A DNA stretch of 64,000 nt, taken from Octopus vulgaris (taxonomy: Eukaryota). The notes beneath the pieces were generated by a model that worked only from the letters and a program-made list of their open reading frames with translations, made no database searches and was not told where the DNA came from. The DNA is taken from assembly GCA_951406725.2 (NCBI GenBank), contig OX597833.1, positions 54,312,001-54,376,000 of the forward strand, in the 5' to 3' direction. The position numbers were made by a program, and so were the translations under genes. This document shows positions 26,678-40,189 of the stretch, in pieces (position 1 is the stretch's first letter; the number at the start of each line of letters is the position of its first letter).

Positions 26678-27100
26678 CTGGCACACGTGCCAGTGGAGCA
26701 CTAAGAGCACCAACCAAGCGTGATCGCTGCCAGAGCAGCTGACTGGCTTCTGTGGTGGCATGTAAAAAGCACCACTCAAACATGATTGTTACCAGCGTCA
26801 CCTTACTGGCACTTGTGCCAGTGGCACATAAAAAGCACCATTCAAGCGTGATTATTACCAGCGTCGCCTTACTGGCACTTGTGCTGGTGGCATGTGAAAA
26901 ACACCTGAGTGTGGTCATTGCCAGTGCCACTGGACTGGCTCCTGTGCAGATGGCATGTGAAAAACACCACTTGATCGTGGCCGTTGCCAATACTGCCTGA
27001 CTGCCCCTCGTACTGGTGGCACGTAAAAGCACCCACTACACTCTCGGAGTGGTTGGCATTAGGAAGGGCATCCAGCTGTAGAAACTCTGCCAGATCAGGT
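26678..27100 (+). mobile_element. RTE-type 3' UTR with ~60-bp internal tandem units
   Basis: Repeated tggcatgtaaaaagcacc...ccagcgtc.ccttactggcacttgtgc, then gtggttggcattaggaagggcatccagc. Confidence 0.75.
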
Positions 27101-27105
27101 TGGAG

Positions 27106-27371
27106 CCACACAGTGGGACTGAACCCGGAACCATATGGTTGGTAAGCAAGCTTCTTACCACACAGCCACTCCTGCACCTATGTGTATGTATATATATATA
27201 TATATATATATATACACGATGGGATTCTTTCAGTTTCTGTCTACCAAATCCACTCACAAGGCTGTGGTCGGCCTGAGGCTTTAGTAGAAGACAAGATGTT
27301 GCGCAGTGGGACTGAACCTAAAACCATATGGTTGGGAAGCAAGCTTCTTATCACACAGCCACTCCTGTGCC
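27106..27371 (-). mobile_element. Two SINE family A head fragments
   Basis: cagtgggactgaacc...ccacacagccactcctg occurs twice. Confidence 0.8.
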
Positions 27372-27694
27372 TATCCACTCCTGCGTGCCTAGATAGATTC
27401 ATGATTAAATTTACATACACTTGTACGTGTGTATACATAGATGTTTATTAGTTTCATACGCAAATTCAGACACCACAAATTTATGAATCTGTTAAAATAA
27501 ATATGTTTTGGAATGCTATTGAGTAAACTTAATAATTCAAAATTCCATTAACCAATCGGAGTGCATATGTGTGTATATAGGTATATGCGTAGATATGTGT
27601 GTGTGTGTGTGGATGTATAAATGTGTGCAAGTATATACGAGTGTCTCTGTGTATATACGTATAGATGTATGGATGAATGTATGTATGTGTGTGT

Positions 27695-27909
<215 letters not shown>

Positions 27910-28206
27910 CATGTGTACTTGTATATATACAAATTTTCTTAACTTTATTTATACTTTATAAACGTATATTACATTCTTACATCTTTACCTTATTTACATT
28001 GAAATATCCTCTATCATCTCTATTTAATTTATTCATTTATTACTCTAATTCTATTTACCTCCTACTCTATCTTATCTCCAACCAACCTCACCTGAACAAG
28101 CCCCTCACCTGCACACATAAAAATATAAATCATAAACAGTATCACTCAGACTGCTATAATGAATCTCATAAACAGATATATAAAACATCCGAGGGTATAT
28201 TTTGTC

Positions 28207-28287
28207 CCTCTAAAGATATTAGGCTCAAGGCATGTGAATTTAATATCTAATTAGATTCACAGAGTATTGACCGAAACAGCTGTAAGG
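28207..28287 (+). ncRNA. Degenerate hammerhead-like motif with long stem II
   Basis: cct CTAAAGA ...tgtgaatt../..gattcaca... GAA ACAGCTGT A agg; G5 is mutated. Confidence 0.5.
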
Positions 28288-28361
28288 AAGGATGATTGGT
28301 TTGTTGTTGATCATAAACAATTATTAATTTCCCCATCTCCATTTTCTTTTTTCGTCTTATC

Positions 28362-28412
<51 letters not shown>

Positions 28413-28414
<2 letters not shown>

Positions 28415-28768
28415 TCTTTACTCTTTTACTTCTTTCAGTCATTTGACTGCGGCCATGCTGGAGCACCGCCTTTAATCGAGCAACTCGACCCCGGGACTTA
28501 TTCTTTTGTAAGCCCAGTACTTATTCTATCAGTCTCTTTTGCCGAACCGCTAAGTTACGGAGGATATAAACACACCAGCATTGGTTGTCAAGCAATGCTA
28601 GGGGAACAAACACAGACACACACACATACATATATATATATACATATATACGACGGGCTTCTTTCAGTTTCCGTGTACCAAATCCACTCACAAGGCTTTG
28701 GTCGGCCCGAGGCTATAGTAGAAGACACTTGCCCAAGGTGCCACGCAGTGGGACTGAACCCAGAACCA
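28413..28768 (-). mobile_element. SINE family A (head truncated)
   Basis: Matches the family consensus; flanked by TA tracts. Confidence 0.9.
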
Positions 28769-28815
28769 TATATATAAATATATATAAATTATAACCATAT
28801 ATATAAATATATATA

Positions 28816-29027
28816 AATTATAATTTAGGGTACCTAAGAGATACCACCAGGCTGTAAATAGCAGCCAAAACTTGACTCTAAAACTCCATTAAATGTTTAT
28901 ACAGCACCAGGAGAGATGATAAAGAGACAAAGTAAACATTACTGGATAATTCCAGATCCTGGATTTCTGGCTTTGCATAAGAAATGCTTTGCTTCATCAG
29001 TGGAATATACGCAGATAGCACATAAAT

Positions 29028-29063
<36 letters not shown>

Positions 29064-29256
29064 TTATGAAGGCAGAACATTTCTTATGCAAAGCCAGAAA
29101 TCTGGGATCTGGAATTATCCAGTAATTTTTTTGCTAGTTTATTTTGCCTCTTTGTCTTCTATCCTGGTGCTGTATGAACATTTAGTGTTTTTAGAGTCAA
29201 GTTTTGACTGTTGTTTCCAGCATGGTGGTGTCTCTTAGATACCTTAAATTATAATT
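28816..29256. mobile_element. Fold-back element (~185-bp arms around a TA tract) with a hammerhead motif on the minus strand at 28949-29006
   Basis: Arms 28816-28997 / 29066-29256; attcca CTGATGA agc..gcat/atgc..gcc a GAA atc-cag-gat C tggaat. Confidence 0.78.
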
Positions 29257-29340
29257 TTAATAATAATTATTACCTTTGAAACTTTTTCTTCCCATGCTAG
29301 CCACCTGATAAGATCAGTATTTAAATAATGATCTATATAA

Positions 29341-29393
<53 letters not shown>

Positions 29394-29906
29394 CTCTCCA
29401 TACTGACATAACTTAGAGAGATCAACACAGTCATTACATATTAGGAATACTGCTTGCCCAGACAAGTCAGAGAACCTTATTGTAAGCACACTCACACACA
29501 TACACACATACACACATACACACAAACACACACACGCACACACATGCACTCACCCACTCATGCGCACACGCACACACACATGCACACCTGTCAAGTGTTA
29601 GCATAACAGGCCGGATATTGTTGCTTGGGGCGGACAAGAAATAGTATGTACCATCACATCACTGAGGTCACTTGTCCTGCTGATACGAATATCTCTTAGA
29701 GAATGAAAGAGGAAGAACATAGCTATTAATGACTGCTTCAGCTTCTGTATCCAGATTACGAATTTACATTTATTCCAATAAAAATTGGAGCACTTGGTTT
29801 TGTATGTAAAGAAATCAACCAACTAACTCCCACATTACAAATACAACCTGTAAGTGGAACAATAAAAATATGCAAGATGTTTCTCAAGGTCTTGGTCTTT
29901 TGTCAT

Positions 29907-30460
29907 TGCCTAATGCCAACCACCCCGAGAGTGTAGTGGGTGCCTTTTACGAGGCTGGCAATGACCACGATCAGTTAGTGTTTTTTATGTGCCACTGGCA
30001 TGGAAGCCAGTCAAGGTGGCGCTGGCATCGTCCACGTTTGGATAGTGCTTTTTACTTGCCATCGGCACAGGGATCACAACTTCAATTTCCATTTGATTCT
30101 GATTTTGATGTACTTGACTCAATAGGTCTTCTCAAGGGCATGTCGCCCTGTGATCCCAGGTACTTTTGAATGGGCTGGGGCTGGTTATGCAACACTGGTG
30201 TAAGTTTCAGCAGTGAACCCACTTTATTTGCCGGGTCTTTGCAGTCACAGCATATCTCCAGAGGTCTCGGTCTTTCGTCATTGCCTCTGTGAGGCCCAAC
30301 GTTCAAAGGTCATGCTTCACCACCTCATCCCATGTCTTCCTGGGTCTACTTCTACCCCAGATTCCTTCAACTGTTTGAGAATGGCACTTCTTCACACACC
30401 TCTCCTCATCCATCTGTAGTACACGACCATACCAGCACAACCATCTCTCTTGCACGCCAC
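29907..30460 (-). mobile_element. RTE-clade LINE 3' fragment (ORF2 C-terminus plus 3' UTR)
   Basis: ORF 30303-30515 contains ERWLCWYGRVLQMDEERCVKKC...GRSRPRKTWDEVVKHDL, the RLRWxGHV...GRPRKTW motif. Confidence 0.85.
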
Positions 30461-31288
30461 ACACACACACATATATATACATACATACATATAACATGGC
30501 TGATGGTGATAGCAAAGCTAAAACAAAAACTTGTAGTAGTGTAGCAGCAGTACTAGCATAGTAACAGAGGGATAAAAATTCCCACTATCAAATTGGAAAA
30601 CCTACAATTTTTTTTCTTATATAATAGATATTGTGAAACCATGCAATAACAGACAAGCTCTTATTCCATGAATGGAAATAAACCACTTTTCTAATACCAA
30701 AAGTAATAGGATTGAGGATTTTCATACTAACTATGCCTAAATCTGTTACTGTAGGAAGGATTAACATAAATTTAGTGAGACTAAAATGTTATTCTTATGA
30801 AACGTAGATGTGAAGTACGGTGGACTGAGAGCCCAAGATTCTATCCAATCATTTATTTGCAATCATCTAAGATTCTTTCTCTCACTCTTTTTTTCGTTCT
30901 TTCTTTCCTTCTTTCTCTCTCTCTCACTTTTTATGCCCATTTCTTCATACCTCTTGCATGGGTTGTATGTAATAATTTGTTGAGGTGGATTTTCTATAGA
31001 TGGATGCTCTTCCTGTTGCCAACACTCGCTTGTTCTTTAAGTAAAATAACTCCCCCCCCCTTCCCACCAAGGCCGTGCATGACTCCATTGATGAGTGGAA
31101 ACGAAACGAAACGACACCATTGTATGCTAAATCACACAAGCACATATGCAAACACACACACACATACAAACTCACATGCACATGCATATTCATATGCACC
31201 TGCACACACAGACAGACAAACTCACATGCATGTGCACATTCATGTGCTCCTGCATACACACATATATATAATGTATATATATATATAC

Positions 31289-31436
<148 letters not shown>

Positions 31437-32071
31437 TCCAGGCTTATTCCCCATTTTTAGGAGGGATTACATATATAAATGTATGTGTGTGTATATATAT
31501 ATATGTGTGTGTGTGAGTATATATATATATATGTGTGTGTGTGTATATATCGCCATCACGAAAAGGTGACAAAGAATACTTTGACTCTTATTTCTAGCAA
31601 TGCTGGTGCTCCCTGCACCCTTCATCACATTTCAGTATTGGTGAATTATTTCCTTTTTGGTCTTGAATTGTGTCTAGCCACCTTTATTATTTTATATATA
31701 TATATATATATATACTAGCAAACCCACCCGTCCTTCAGATAGTGTAAGTTATTATAATGGTGCACTCCTGTGGATAGTTTAAGTTGAATTAGCCCGCATT
31801 CAGACGTCGTTTCAAGTTGATAAACATAAAATGTACAATTACCATTTTCATTAGCAGTTTATGACATGGTATTAAGAAACTTAGGTAATGAATACATGGT
31901 CTTGAACATAAATTTGGCAGTTAGTAATAAATGAAAGTCCATGAAATGAGATCGCAGTTGTAGTAGGTATTAGGGATCCTATGTCTTACTTGCAGAATTT
32001 TGTATCATGTATTTATTTTTCTCGTAATGCCTGACACAACAGCATTGAAGCCTTTTTTTCAATGAAAGTCA

Positions 32072-32445
32072 TCTCTCCCTATATAAACGGCAGTTTGTCT
32101 GTGCGTGTTTCTGTGTGTCTGTTTGCTTGTACCCTCACCCTGACCACGGCTTTCAACCGATTCTGATGAAACTTGACACACACATAGCCCAATGTCATAA
32201 TTCAAAACTAACGCAGCGAAAATTTTGAAAAGTTCCCCCAGTTCTGAAAAAAATCGATAAATTCGACATGGGGTCGAGAAACAGAAACACAAACTGTCTA
32301 GGGGACGCAACTCCACCTTTTTTAACTAAAAAAAATTTGCCATCATTTTTTTCCATTTTTTTGCTATTTTTTGGCTATAACTCTCTAAAAATGCTTTATA
32401 GTTATTTCCCTTACAAACCTGAGCAACGCCGGGCGATACTGCTAG
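32072..32445 (+). mobile_element. Non-autonomous Helitron nested in the autonomous copy
   Basis: A|TC 5' end (tctctccctatataa), 3' hairpin cctgagcaacgccggg then CTAG|T; no TSD. Confidence 0.88.
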
Positions 32446-32689
32446 TGTACGATAAAGGAAAGCAAACTTTTATAGCAAACACGCAAAGAGAATAATGACA
32501 TGTACAAAAATAAATGTCAGAGCACGCTTATGAGCGAACAGCGTGCGTGAAGTAAGAAGGGTCATTGGAGGTAATGTACTGTTAACAGCAATCAGGGAAA
32601 CGAAGCAAAATATCAACAAAATGCTTGCAGGAAGTCTGATTGCTAACGGCTACAGTTTGGTGTAGATGTGAAGAATGCAATAGAGGAAT

Positions 32690-33810
32690 ACTTACTGTAG
32701 AGATGCTTTGTAGATGACATTTTTTTGTTTTTTCCTTCAGGAGCATAGATGAATAAGTTGTCTGGATGGCCAACTCTGGAACAACCGATGTAGAACTGTC
32801 CATGTGAAAAGCACAATGTTTGAAGGTCCAATCCGACAACTTTTAGTGACTGATCTTGGGCTTTGTCAATTGTCATGGTGAAGCTGAGTTTGAGAGGGAA
32901 CTGAAGTCTGTCTCTGCATAGGGTAGGGGCAGTCTGTTGGGGTTAGTGGAATTTTCGGATTGAAAACGGTATTTAGGCTTCAGTGACATGGTCCATCATT
33001 TGTTTGACAACAAGGCGAGTTCCATTGCATAGTGTGGGTACGTTTGGATTGCATAGGAGGATGACATGGTAACTGACATTTAAGTGAAGTTCATGGGGAG
33101 GAAGTCCTGGAGGATCTTTGGAGTAGAGAAATTCTGTTAGAAATTGTGTAACCTGATCAAGTTCGATAATGGTGTCAAGTGATCTGTAACAAAGTTCTTG
33201 AGAAGGTAGCTGACTGAGTAAGTCATAGTTAACAGTGTTGACAGCGGCATTTGTAGGTGCAAGAACAGCCCTGTCACAAAACGAATCTGGTTTTATGTAT
33301 TCCATTGTAAGATTTGGGTAAATGGCAGAAGATAGGTCATCAGGCCTGGAGAAAGTGTGGCCAATGGTAGTAGTGTTAATGTATTTGTTGTCATCAAATG
33401 TAATTTGACCATTGCTGATTTTAAGGAGCATTTCCAAAATATGAGTTGTAGGCTGACCAGTCTGTAGGAGTGATCTCAGGTTGATGGTGAGTTGTTTCGA
33501 TTGGACATGTGACCAAATGAGGAATTTTTTAAGGCAGGCATTAAGTTCATCAGCAGGTGTTCTTTTGGGTATAATAAGCAGAATTGTTGAAAATCTCCTG
33601 CAAGAAGCAGAGTAGCTCCGCCAAGGTTGTTGTTGCTTGATCTAAGGTCTGTCGTTGTGGTATCAAGTGCTTGTAGGGAACATTTTTGGGACATAGCTGC
33701 TACATCCCAAATAATGAGTTTGCACTTTTTCAAAATTGTCACTTCATCTGAGGAATGTATTATGTGGCATGTTGGGTTTTCTTGATGTGCTACATTGAAA
33801 GGCAATTTGG
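32690..33810 (-). pseudogene. Helitron PIF1-like helicase, frameshifted with stops
   Basis: LIIWD...GGATLLLAGDFQQ, RAVLAPTNAAV, PPGLPPHELHL...LCNGTRL, QFPLKLSFTMTIDKAQDQSL..VGLDL...FSHGQFYIGCSRV. Confidence 0.92.
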
Positions 33811-34135
33811 AAGCATTCAGAGTTCAGTGGGTGAACTGTGTAGACACGTCCGAATGAGTCACCTTTGTACATGGCTGGATCCAACTGTGTAGACTTACGG
33901 TGTAAGGGAGACAAAAAATACTTCTGACTGTTACTTCAGACCTTCTGCTTTTGAAGCCCCATTTCTCTATATCACTCCATAAGTGAAAAATCTAAATAGT
34001 GTTGAGCAATCTGTGAAACATAAATGATGTATTTGCAGAGCGTGAATGAAATCGGATGAAAAATATTGATTTTACGTGAGATCAAGTAATGGTCTGTCTC
34101 ACACACACACACACACACACACACATCATCTCTCT

Positions 34136-34168
<33 letters not shown>

Positions 34169-34199
34169 ATTATTTATATATGTGTAAGTATATATATTT

Positions 34200-34294
<95 letters not shown>

Positions 34295-34909
34295 ATATAT
34301 ATATGTATATATATATATATAAATGTATGTATATATGTCGGTGATACCACTGGATAATAATCTTCTTTTATAAACAGTTTTATCTAAAATACATAGAATT
34401 TTTAGCATTATCAGAATTTAGATATAACTTATCTTGGCCAGCTGAGGCATTCAGCCTGTTCTTTATGTAACTCTGGAATCTGCTATTAACTTATCTGAGT
34501 CTAATATTTCTTACTAAATGAAATGAATCCCTCTCCATCAAATATTTCTATAAATTTGATTATATCTTTACATATGCATCCGATCAATTATTTATTTATT
34601 TATTCATTTATTTATTTATTTATCTGGTTTTGGCTTTCACTCATCTATCCAATCACATGATTTCTATATATTTTCATTATCTGCAAAATTCTTATTGATA
34701 GGTTTTCTGCTTCCTCAAATTTCATCTCAAGACCACTGATGGGAAACTTAAGAGTTGTGAGATTCAAGTTTCAGCTTTAATAAATATAATTAAACACTAC
34801 TTTTAGTATTGAGTACTACATTTTTGTCTGTGGGTGGTTTTTAAATTCAACATGCATGTTTATATACAATCATTCATACATACACACATACATACATACA
34901 TACATACAT

Positions 34910-35235
34910 GATGATGATGATGATGGCCGTCCACTCGTGACCGAGGAAGACCATTGCCGACCTTCAGGAACATTGTGTGCTCTAGGACTAACTTATATTT
35001 TGCATTTGCGGCTCCGTTGGTGGCTAATGAGCCCTGCTCTTGACAAGCATACACAACTGCAAACATTGCAGACCAAGCTTTCCCCATTCACTATACGAGC
35101 CATGCGCTTTTCGCGCAGCTCGCTTAAGTTCTTCATGCTGGATACGTGCTCTCTCAAAAGTGTCAATCCCCTCCTGAACTTGCTTCCTCCATCAGTGTTG
35201 ATGACAGGCATTGTTCTCCCAGTCAGTGTTCTGCA
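34910..35235 (-). mobile_element. Second RTE (BovB-like) LINE 3' end with C-terminal zinc knuckle and (CAT)n tail
   Basis: LVCNVCSCVCLSRAGLISHQRSRKC* followed by a short UTR and catcatcat. Confidence 0.78.
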
Positions 35236-35304
35236 TGCATACATACATACATACATACATACATACATACATACATACATACATACATACATACATACAT
35301 ACAT

Positions 35305-35525
35305 GCATCATCATTATCATCAACATTTAACGTTCATTTTCCATGCTGGCATGGATTGAATGGTAAAACAGGAATTGGCAAACCAGGGCCCACACCAGGT
35401 TCCATGGTCTGTTTTGGCTTGGTTTTCTACAGCTGGATACCTTCCTAACACCAACCACTCCACAGAGTCTGCTGGGTGCATTTTTATATGGCACCAGCAT
35501 CCACACCAATGCTTTTTACATGGCA
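35305..35525 (-). mobile_element. RTE-type 3' UTR fragment
   Basis: tttaacgttcattttccatgctggcatgg...ctacagctggataccttcctaacaccaaccact. Confidence 0.75.
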
Positions 35526-35526
35526 T

Positions 35527-35849
35527 CAGATGCAGAAGTGAAATTCAATCTAATTGTAAAGTGTTGCCTTTGTTTAAAACAGTATTCTGACCCTTCCAAA
35601 AAGTTGGGGCATGTACCACAGTTGGGGCAATTACATTTTTTTTACTTTAGGGCATGTTGTGGAGGGGAATAATTTTGCATTAGTTAGCAGTTTCTTTAAT
35701 GACTTAGGTTGTTTGTTGCCTTTGACAATTTTAATATCATGTAAAATTCTTTTTAGTTTTGGGTCCTTGTGTAGTATTGGTAGGTTTTGTATAACTGTGC
35801 TGAATGCTTCTTTGTTTTTGGGGTTGTATGTGGAAATGTAGGGTAGTCT
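35527..35849 (-). pseudogene. Penelope-like element (Neptune-type) RT-to-GIY-YIG linker fragment
   Basis: Manual translation LPYISTYNPKNKEAFSTVIQNLPILHKDPKLKRIL...KQPKSLKKLLTNAK..., +1 shift in an A-run, then CNCPNCGTC...FTIRLNFTSAS. Confidence 0.7.
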
Positions 35850-36236
35850 TTTAAGGAGAGGTTAGAACATTTAATGAGATATTAGAGCATAAAATGTATG
35901 CATTCACACATTACTGCTTAATCTTTAAAACCTAGTATGGTAATATAATTAACTGTGTATAAAAAGAAATAACTCCTGTAACTGAAGAGCTTCATGAAAA
36001 AATAAGAGTTGCTCCCCTTGACATATTGCTTCTCTGTCCACTTTTTTCAAAGATGGCGTCCTATTGACAGAAAAAAGTTTTCTCTATATAAGTTGATAAT
36101 CATTGATCGTGAAACCGGTACTTATTTAATTTGTAATGATGTAATATGATCCTAACATCACCATAAATTTATTATACAAACTATCTGTGACCCTTACATT
36201 TCTTTTCTTTCTTATATATATATATATATATATATA

Positions 36237-36411
36237 GATTGTTAGCCACTACACACATCTTTTTCTCTCCTTGTTTTTTCTGTGTCCCTTTCTGTAGAAG
36301 AGCATAGGCTCGAAACGTAAAAGACTTTTTCTATTCCTGAGCGTTATACTAATACATCTGTTTGTTTTGTACACCACCTGTCTTCGTCTTTTGTTTTTTT
36401 GTAAACTCTCC

Positions 36412-36412
<1 letters not shown>
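36237..36412 (+). mobile_element. TA-flanked mini-element with minimal hammerhead (CUGU-NGA family), motif 36288-36323
   Basis: cttt CTGTAGA a gagc-atag-gctc GAA acgt A aaag; homologues at 50.8 kb and 54.6 kb. Confidence 0.75.
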
Positions 36413-36442
<30 letters not shown>

Positions 36443-36884
36443 CTTAAATTAAAAACCACAAAACCTTGCAAATAGCTACACAGGGTTTCCTGGTTGTTAT
36501 AATAATTTATTCCACCGTTTATCAAGCTGAAAGCAAGACCATTTGTCAGTTGATTTTTTTGAGTAGATAATGATTAAACAAGAAATGCTTGTAAAGAAGA
36601 AGACAAAAACAAAGGAAATAACCTACATTACAATAATTCGATGTCAAGATGTCAAACAGATGTAAACCAGATGTTAGTTGTTTAAGTGTCTGGTGGTCTA
36701 CTTCTACGTTCTGACAAGATGTCTGGTTGCCTACATTTAAGTTCTGCCACTCTCACCACTTATGCTGATGTCATAGCTGCCACCTCTACTGCCACTTCCA
36801 CCACCAGTGCTCAACCACAACCTCAGACATCTCTGCCATCGATGCTGATTATGGCAATGATGTCACCGCCACCAACAAAACTCA

Positions 36885-37129
36885 TTGAAGGCAAGGATTA
36901 TGGCAGCATTCACCAAATTAAACAAGGAGACCATCCAGAAGAGTTGCAGGAGATTTCGAAGTCGTCTGGGAGCCATGGTTGAAGCCAATGACGATTTTAT
37001 TGAAGAAATTTACTCTTTAGTATTTCAAAATTTTTTACATAAGTTTGGTAACTATATCTGTTAAAATAAAATGTCAGTATTATTTTCATGTTTGTGTAAT
37101 TTAGATGACAATTTATTCACTGTGCCCTG
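36885..37129 (+). pseudogene. Tc1/mariner transposase C-terminal remnant and probable right TIR
   Basis: LKARIMAAFTKLNKETIQKSCRRFRSRLGAMVEANDDFIE resembles the Tc1/mariner (maT-like) C-terminus; ends ...gtgccctg|TA. Confidence 0.65.
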
Positions 37130-37146
37130 TATATACACACACATGC

Positions 37147-37502
<356 letters not shown>

Positions 37503-38356
37503 CATATATATATGTATATATATATATTCATGCACATGTATGTGGATATATGTCTGTGTGTGTATGTATATACATATATACATATACACAATATGTATTT
37601 CTTTGAATTATTTCATTTAAATGTTTTCTATGAATGAGAACAGCCATGACTAAATAAAAAATATCTGTTGCCCTACTAAAACAACCTTTTTTTTAATAGA
37701 ATTTAAAAAAAGTGAAAACAAAGAAATAACAAAAATAATCAAAATTTTAATGTTTTTGCTGTTAAATCTTTTGGCTGCTTTTACAAATCGAAATATCTTA
37801 TTAATGGTTGGTAGATCCTAGAAATTGAATTGTAGCTTTGACATACGTAATCTTTTGAAAAGTCACTTTAATATTTTATCTCTGTCTCTGTAACTCTTTC
37901 TCTCTCTTGCTCTCTCTCCCTCAAACTGATAATTTTTGCATTGAAATATAAATAATATCATAAACTCTGCTGAATAGACTCCACAAGAACATAAAGGGGA
38001 TTCCATACAAGCTGTTCATGATAGGATATAAATTAGATGAATGTTACCTGTACACAGCCAACAAAATCTTTGCTTATCTGTAATGTGCAGTAAGCAGTAA
38101 GTTTTATAATATGATAAAACAGGTTGCAATAATGGCAGATTAAAGTTTAATAGCTTATCTATTAATTCTTTCCAATATTATTTTCCAATCTTGAATCATT
38201 ATGATTTTGCTAAAATGATTTTATTTGGGATAAATCTCGAATGTAATCAATATCTATTATGTCTTATTGTACACCCATTTTCACTAATTCATCCGATTTC
38301 TTGTTCCCTATTGACCAAGAATTCTTTACCGTTGCTATTACATTAACATTATCAAA

Positions 38357-38560
38357 TAAGGCGGTGAGCTGGTAGAATAGTTACTGTGCCTGGCAAAATA
38401 CTTTGTGGCATTTCTTCTGTCTTTACATATGGAGATGAAATTCCACCGAGGTTGAATTTCACTTTCATTTTTTCAGGGTTGATAAAATCGAGTACTGGGG
38501 TTAAGTGTAAACAACTTAACCCCTTAGCTGAAATTGCTGGCCTTGTGCCAAAATTGAAAC
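38357..38560 (+). mobile_element. SINE family B
   Basis: aaggcggtgagctggtagaatagttac...gaaattgctggccttgtgccaaaatt. Confidence 0.75.
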
Positions 38561-38706
38561 CTTTATTAAATGAATGAAGTTGCAAGTAGCTGATAAATTG
38601 TAAGCAAGCCGGACAAAATGCATAGTGACATTATTTCCAGCTTTATATTCTGAGATCAAATGCTGCCTAGGTTCATGTTTTAAGGATCAATGAAATAAAG
38701 CACCAT

Positions 38707-39710
38707 GGAGGTGCATGGCTTAGTAGTGCACTCATGTTAGACTCATGATCGTAAACTTGAGGTTTCAATTCCTGGATCAGGCAACGTGTTGTGTTCTTGA
38801 ACAAAACATTTCATTTCATGTTGCTCCAGTCCACTCAGCTGGTAAAAAAGGAGACATCCTGAAACAGATTGGCATACCATCCAAGGAGGAATATATATGC
38901 CAGAGAAGCCAGGAAACTAGCTCCATGCTACATACAGAATAATGTGAACTAACCAAAATAAGGTACCAGTCAAATCTGTTGGGTGGGGAGGTGATATGAT
39001 CAATTTGCCTCTCTCTGAAAAATTGTTGATTTTGTGATAAAATAAGAAAGAACTATTTTCAAATAAATAGCTCAGTGGTTAGAGCGTCAGGCTCTCAGTC
39101 ATAAGGTAGTAAATTTGATTCATGGACCAGGCTGTGTATTGTGTTCTTGAGCAAGACACTTCACTTCATCTGTAGAAATGAGTTATGATATCACTGGTGC
39201 CAAGCTGTATCAACTTTTGTCTTTTCCTTGGATAACATTGTTGGCATGGAGAGTAGTAGGGGCTGGTATGCATGGGCAGACTGCTGGTCTTCCATAAATA
39301 GCCTTGCCCAGACTTGTACCTTGGAGGGGAACTTTCTAGGAGCAATCCCATGGTCATTCATGACTGAAATGGGTCTTTATATAGATGCACTCTGTTGGTT
39401 ACGACAACGAGGGTTCCAGTTGATATGATCACCGAAACAGCTTGTTCGTGAAATTAACATGCAAGTGGCTGAGCACTCCACAGACACGTATACCCATAAC
39501 GCAGCTCTTAGAGAGATTCAACATGACACAGAGTGTGACAAGGCTGGCCCTTTGTAATACAGGTGCAACTCATTTTTGCCAGCTTATTGCAATGGAGCAA
39601 TGTGAAAATAAAGTGTCTGGCTCAAGGACACAATGCATCGCTGGGAATTGAACTCACAACCTTACAATCGTGAGCCGAGTGCCCTAACCACTAAGCCACA
39701 TACCTTCACT
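38707..39710. mobile_element. Cluster of tRNA-derived SINEs (family C at 38707-38930 + and 39068-39375 +; related head on - at 39390-39710)
   Basis: tRNA-like heads followed by tgtgttcttgagcaagacac-type domains. Confidence 0.75.
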
Positions 39711-39730
39711 GGTCTTTATATATGTATATA

Positions 39731-39956
39731 CTTACTTTTTTACTTTTTACTTTTTACTTGTTTCAGTCATGTGAGTGTGGCCATGCTGGAGCACCGCCTT
39801 TAGTCGAGCAAATCAACCCCAGGACTTATTCTTTGTAAGCCTAGTACTTATTCTATTGGTCTCTTTTGCCGAACTACTAAGTTAAGGGGATGTAAACACA
39901 CCAGCATCGGATGTCAAGCGATGTTGGGGAGACAAACACTGACTCATAGACACACA

Positions 39957-40013
<57 letters not shown>

Positions 40014-40189
40014 ATAAATATATATATGACGGGCTTCTTTCAGTTTCCATCTACCAAATCCACTGACAAGGCTTTGGTCGGCCCGAGGCTCTAGTAGAAG
40101 ACACTTGCTCAAGGTGCCATGCAATGGGACTGAACCCGGAACCATGTGGTTGGTAAGCAAGCTACTTACCACACAGCCACTCCTACGCC
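39731..40189 (-). mobile_element. SINE family A, full length
   Basis: Complete reverse-complement copy. Confidence 0.93.

Larger units (their letters stand above)
31715..34070 (-). mobile_element. Decayed, internally deleted autonomous Helitron
   Basis: 3' CTAG at 31715-31718 preceded by a degenerate GC hairpin; helicase remnants; upstream GRVYTVHPLNSECF motif at ~33810-33860. Confidence 0.85.

Noticed and set aside
31580-31635. Minus GTGATGA...ggtgc/gcacc...GAAA hammerhead-like words (similar at ~34370-34415 and ~7340-7385)
   Set aside because: Stems I and III could not be formed convincingly.
32163-32175. CTGATGAAAC as a hammerhead core
   Set aside because: No stem II between CTGATGA and GAAA; part of the accgattctgatgaaacttg segment inside the non-autonomous Helitron.
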